Positions 63,529-64,000 of a DNA stretch of 64,000 bases are shown piece after piece. Both the position numbers and the translations under genes were made by a program. The stretch comes from Asterias rubens (taxonomy: Eukaryota): positions 11,656,001-11,720,000 of the forward strand of contig NC_047062.1 in NCBI RefSeq assembly GCF_902459465.1, read 5' to 3'. Under the pieces are notes generated by a model. The model was not told where the DNA came from. It did not search any database and worked only from the letters and a program-made list of their open reading frames with translations. Each line of letters opens with the position of its first letter. Within the stretch, counting starts at the first letter, position 1.

Positions 63529-64000
63529 GTAAGTTGATTTTCGTTTATTATAATATCATGACATTTTCGTTATAATCATGAACTACATGTCTCGACGGGT
63601 TCAGAATATAATCTGTAGGTGTGAATCAATGTTGTCGAATGTAAGACGTTTATGTGGTTATCCGTTTAGCCTCTGATTATGATTAAGGAGATCATCTCCC
63701 CTCATCACTGACTGGTTCCAATATTTACATGTATTTTAATAAGTAAAACAATTTTGACATTTCGTATTTAAATCTTATCAACCAAGCCCTGACTCCTACA
63801 CTCTCAATGATTTTGTAGGTTTACATGTTTCATAATATTATAACTTTGGGGAATTTGATTGCCACACACGCACACAAATTTTAATGGGAGTATGATAGCT
63901 TTAAATAGCTGAAATCTGTTCATCTTTGTTTTTATCTGGTTAATGTCGTGTAAATTCGTTCCTTATATAGCGCCGATAAAGCAGTCGGACTTTTTCTAAA

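Noticed and set aside
1-64000. Window-wide enrichment of Otx sites (GGATTA/TAATCC)
   Set aside because: I counted roughly 30 by eye, which is not above a rough base-composition expectation of about 40. Only local clusters are reported.

Overview
This is AT-rich eukaryotic genomic DNA, most likely from an echinoderm and probably a sea star (inferred from the Otx N-terminus and the repeat families). It is not prokaryotic, and most ORFs in the supplied track are spurious. Two protein-coding genes are recognisable, both on +. The last three exons of EHBP1 (217-290, 1059-1173, 3753-3834) splice in frame to give the bMERB domain and a C-terminal CaaX motif (CSIQ*). The first coding exon of an Otx-beta-type transcript lies at 63338-63528 (MSGMAYTIPPVP...PPFSVNGISL...HPAMNYH, followed by a phase-1 intron). 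The ~59 kb between them has no other recognisable gene and looks like the Otx upstream regulatory landscape, matching the ancient EHBP1-Otx gene pair. It holds GC-richer candidate enhancer/promoter islands and several candidate non-coding 5' exons. It also holds at least five families of non-autonomous DNA transposons with TTAA|AG...CT|TTAA ends (Kolobok-like), one with a decayed THAP domain and one rearranged into a fold-back. There are several tandem repeats and a 196-nt N gap. I found no convincing wholly new biological system. The best leads are candidate Otx regulatory elements/leader exons and the Kolobok-type elements. Motif calls are by eye, and single hexamers are expected by chance at this length.
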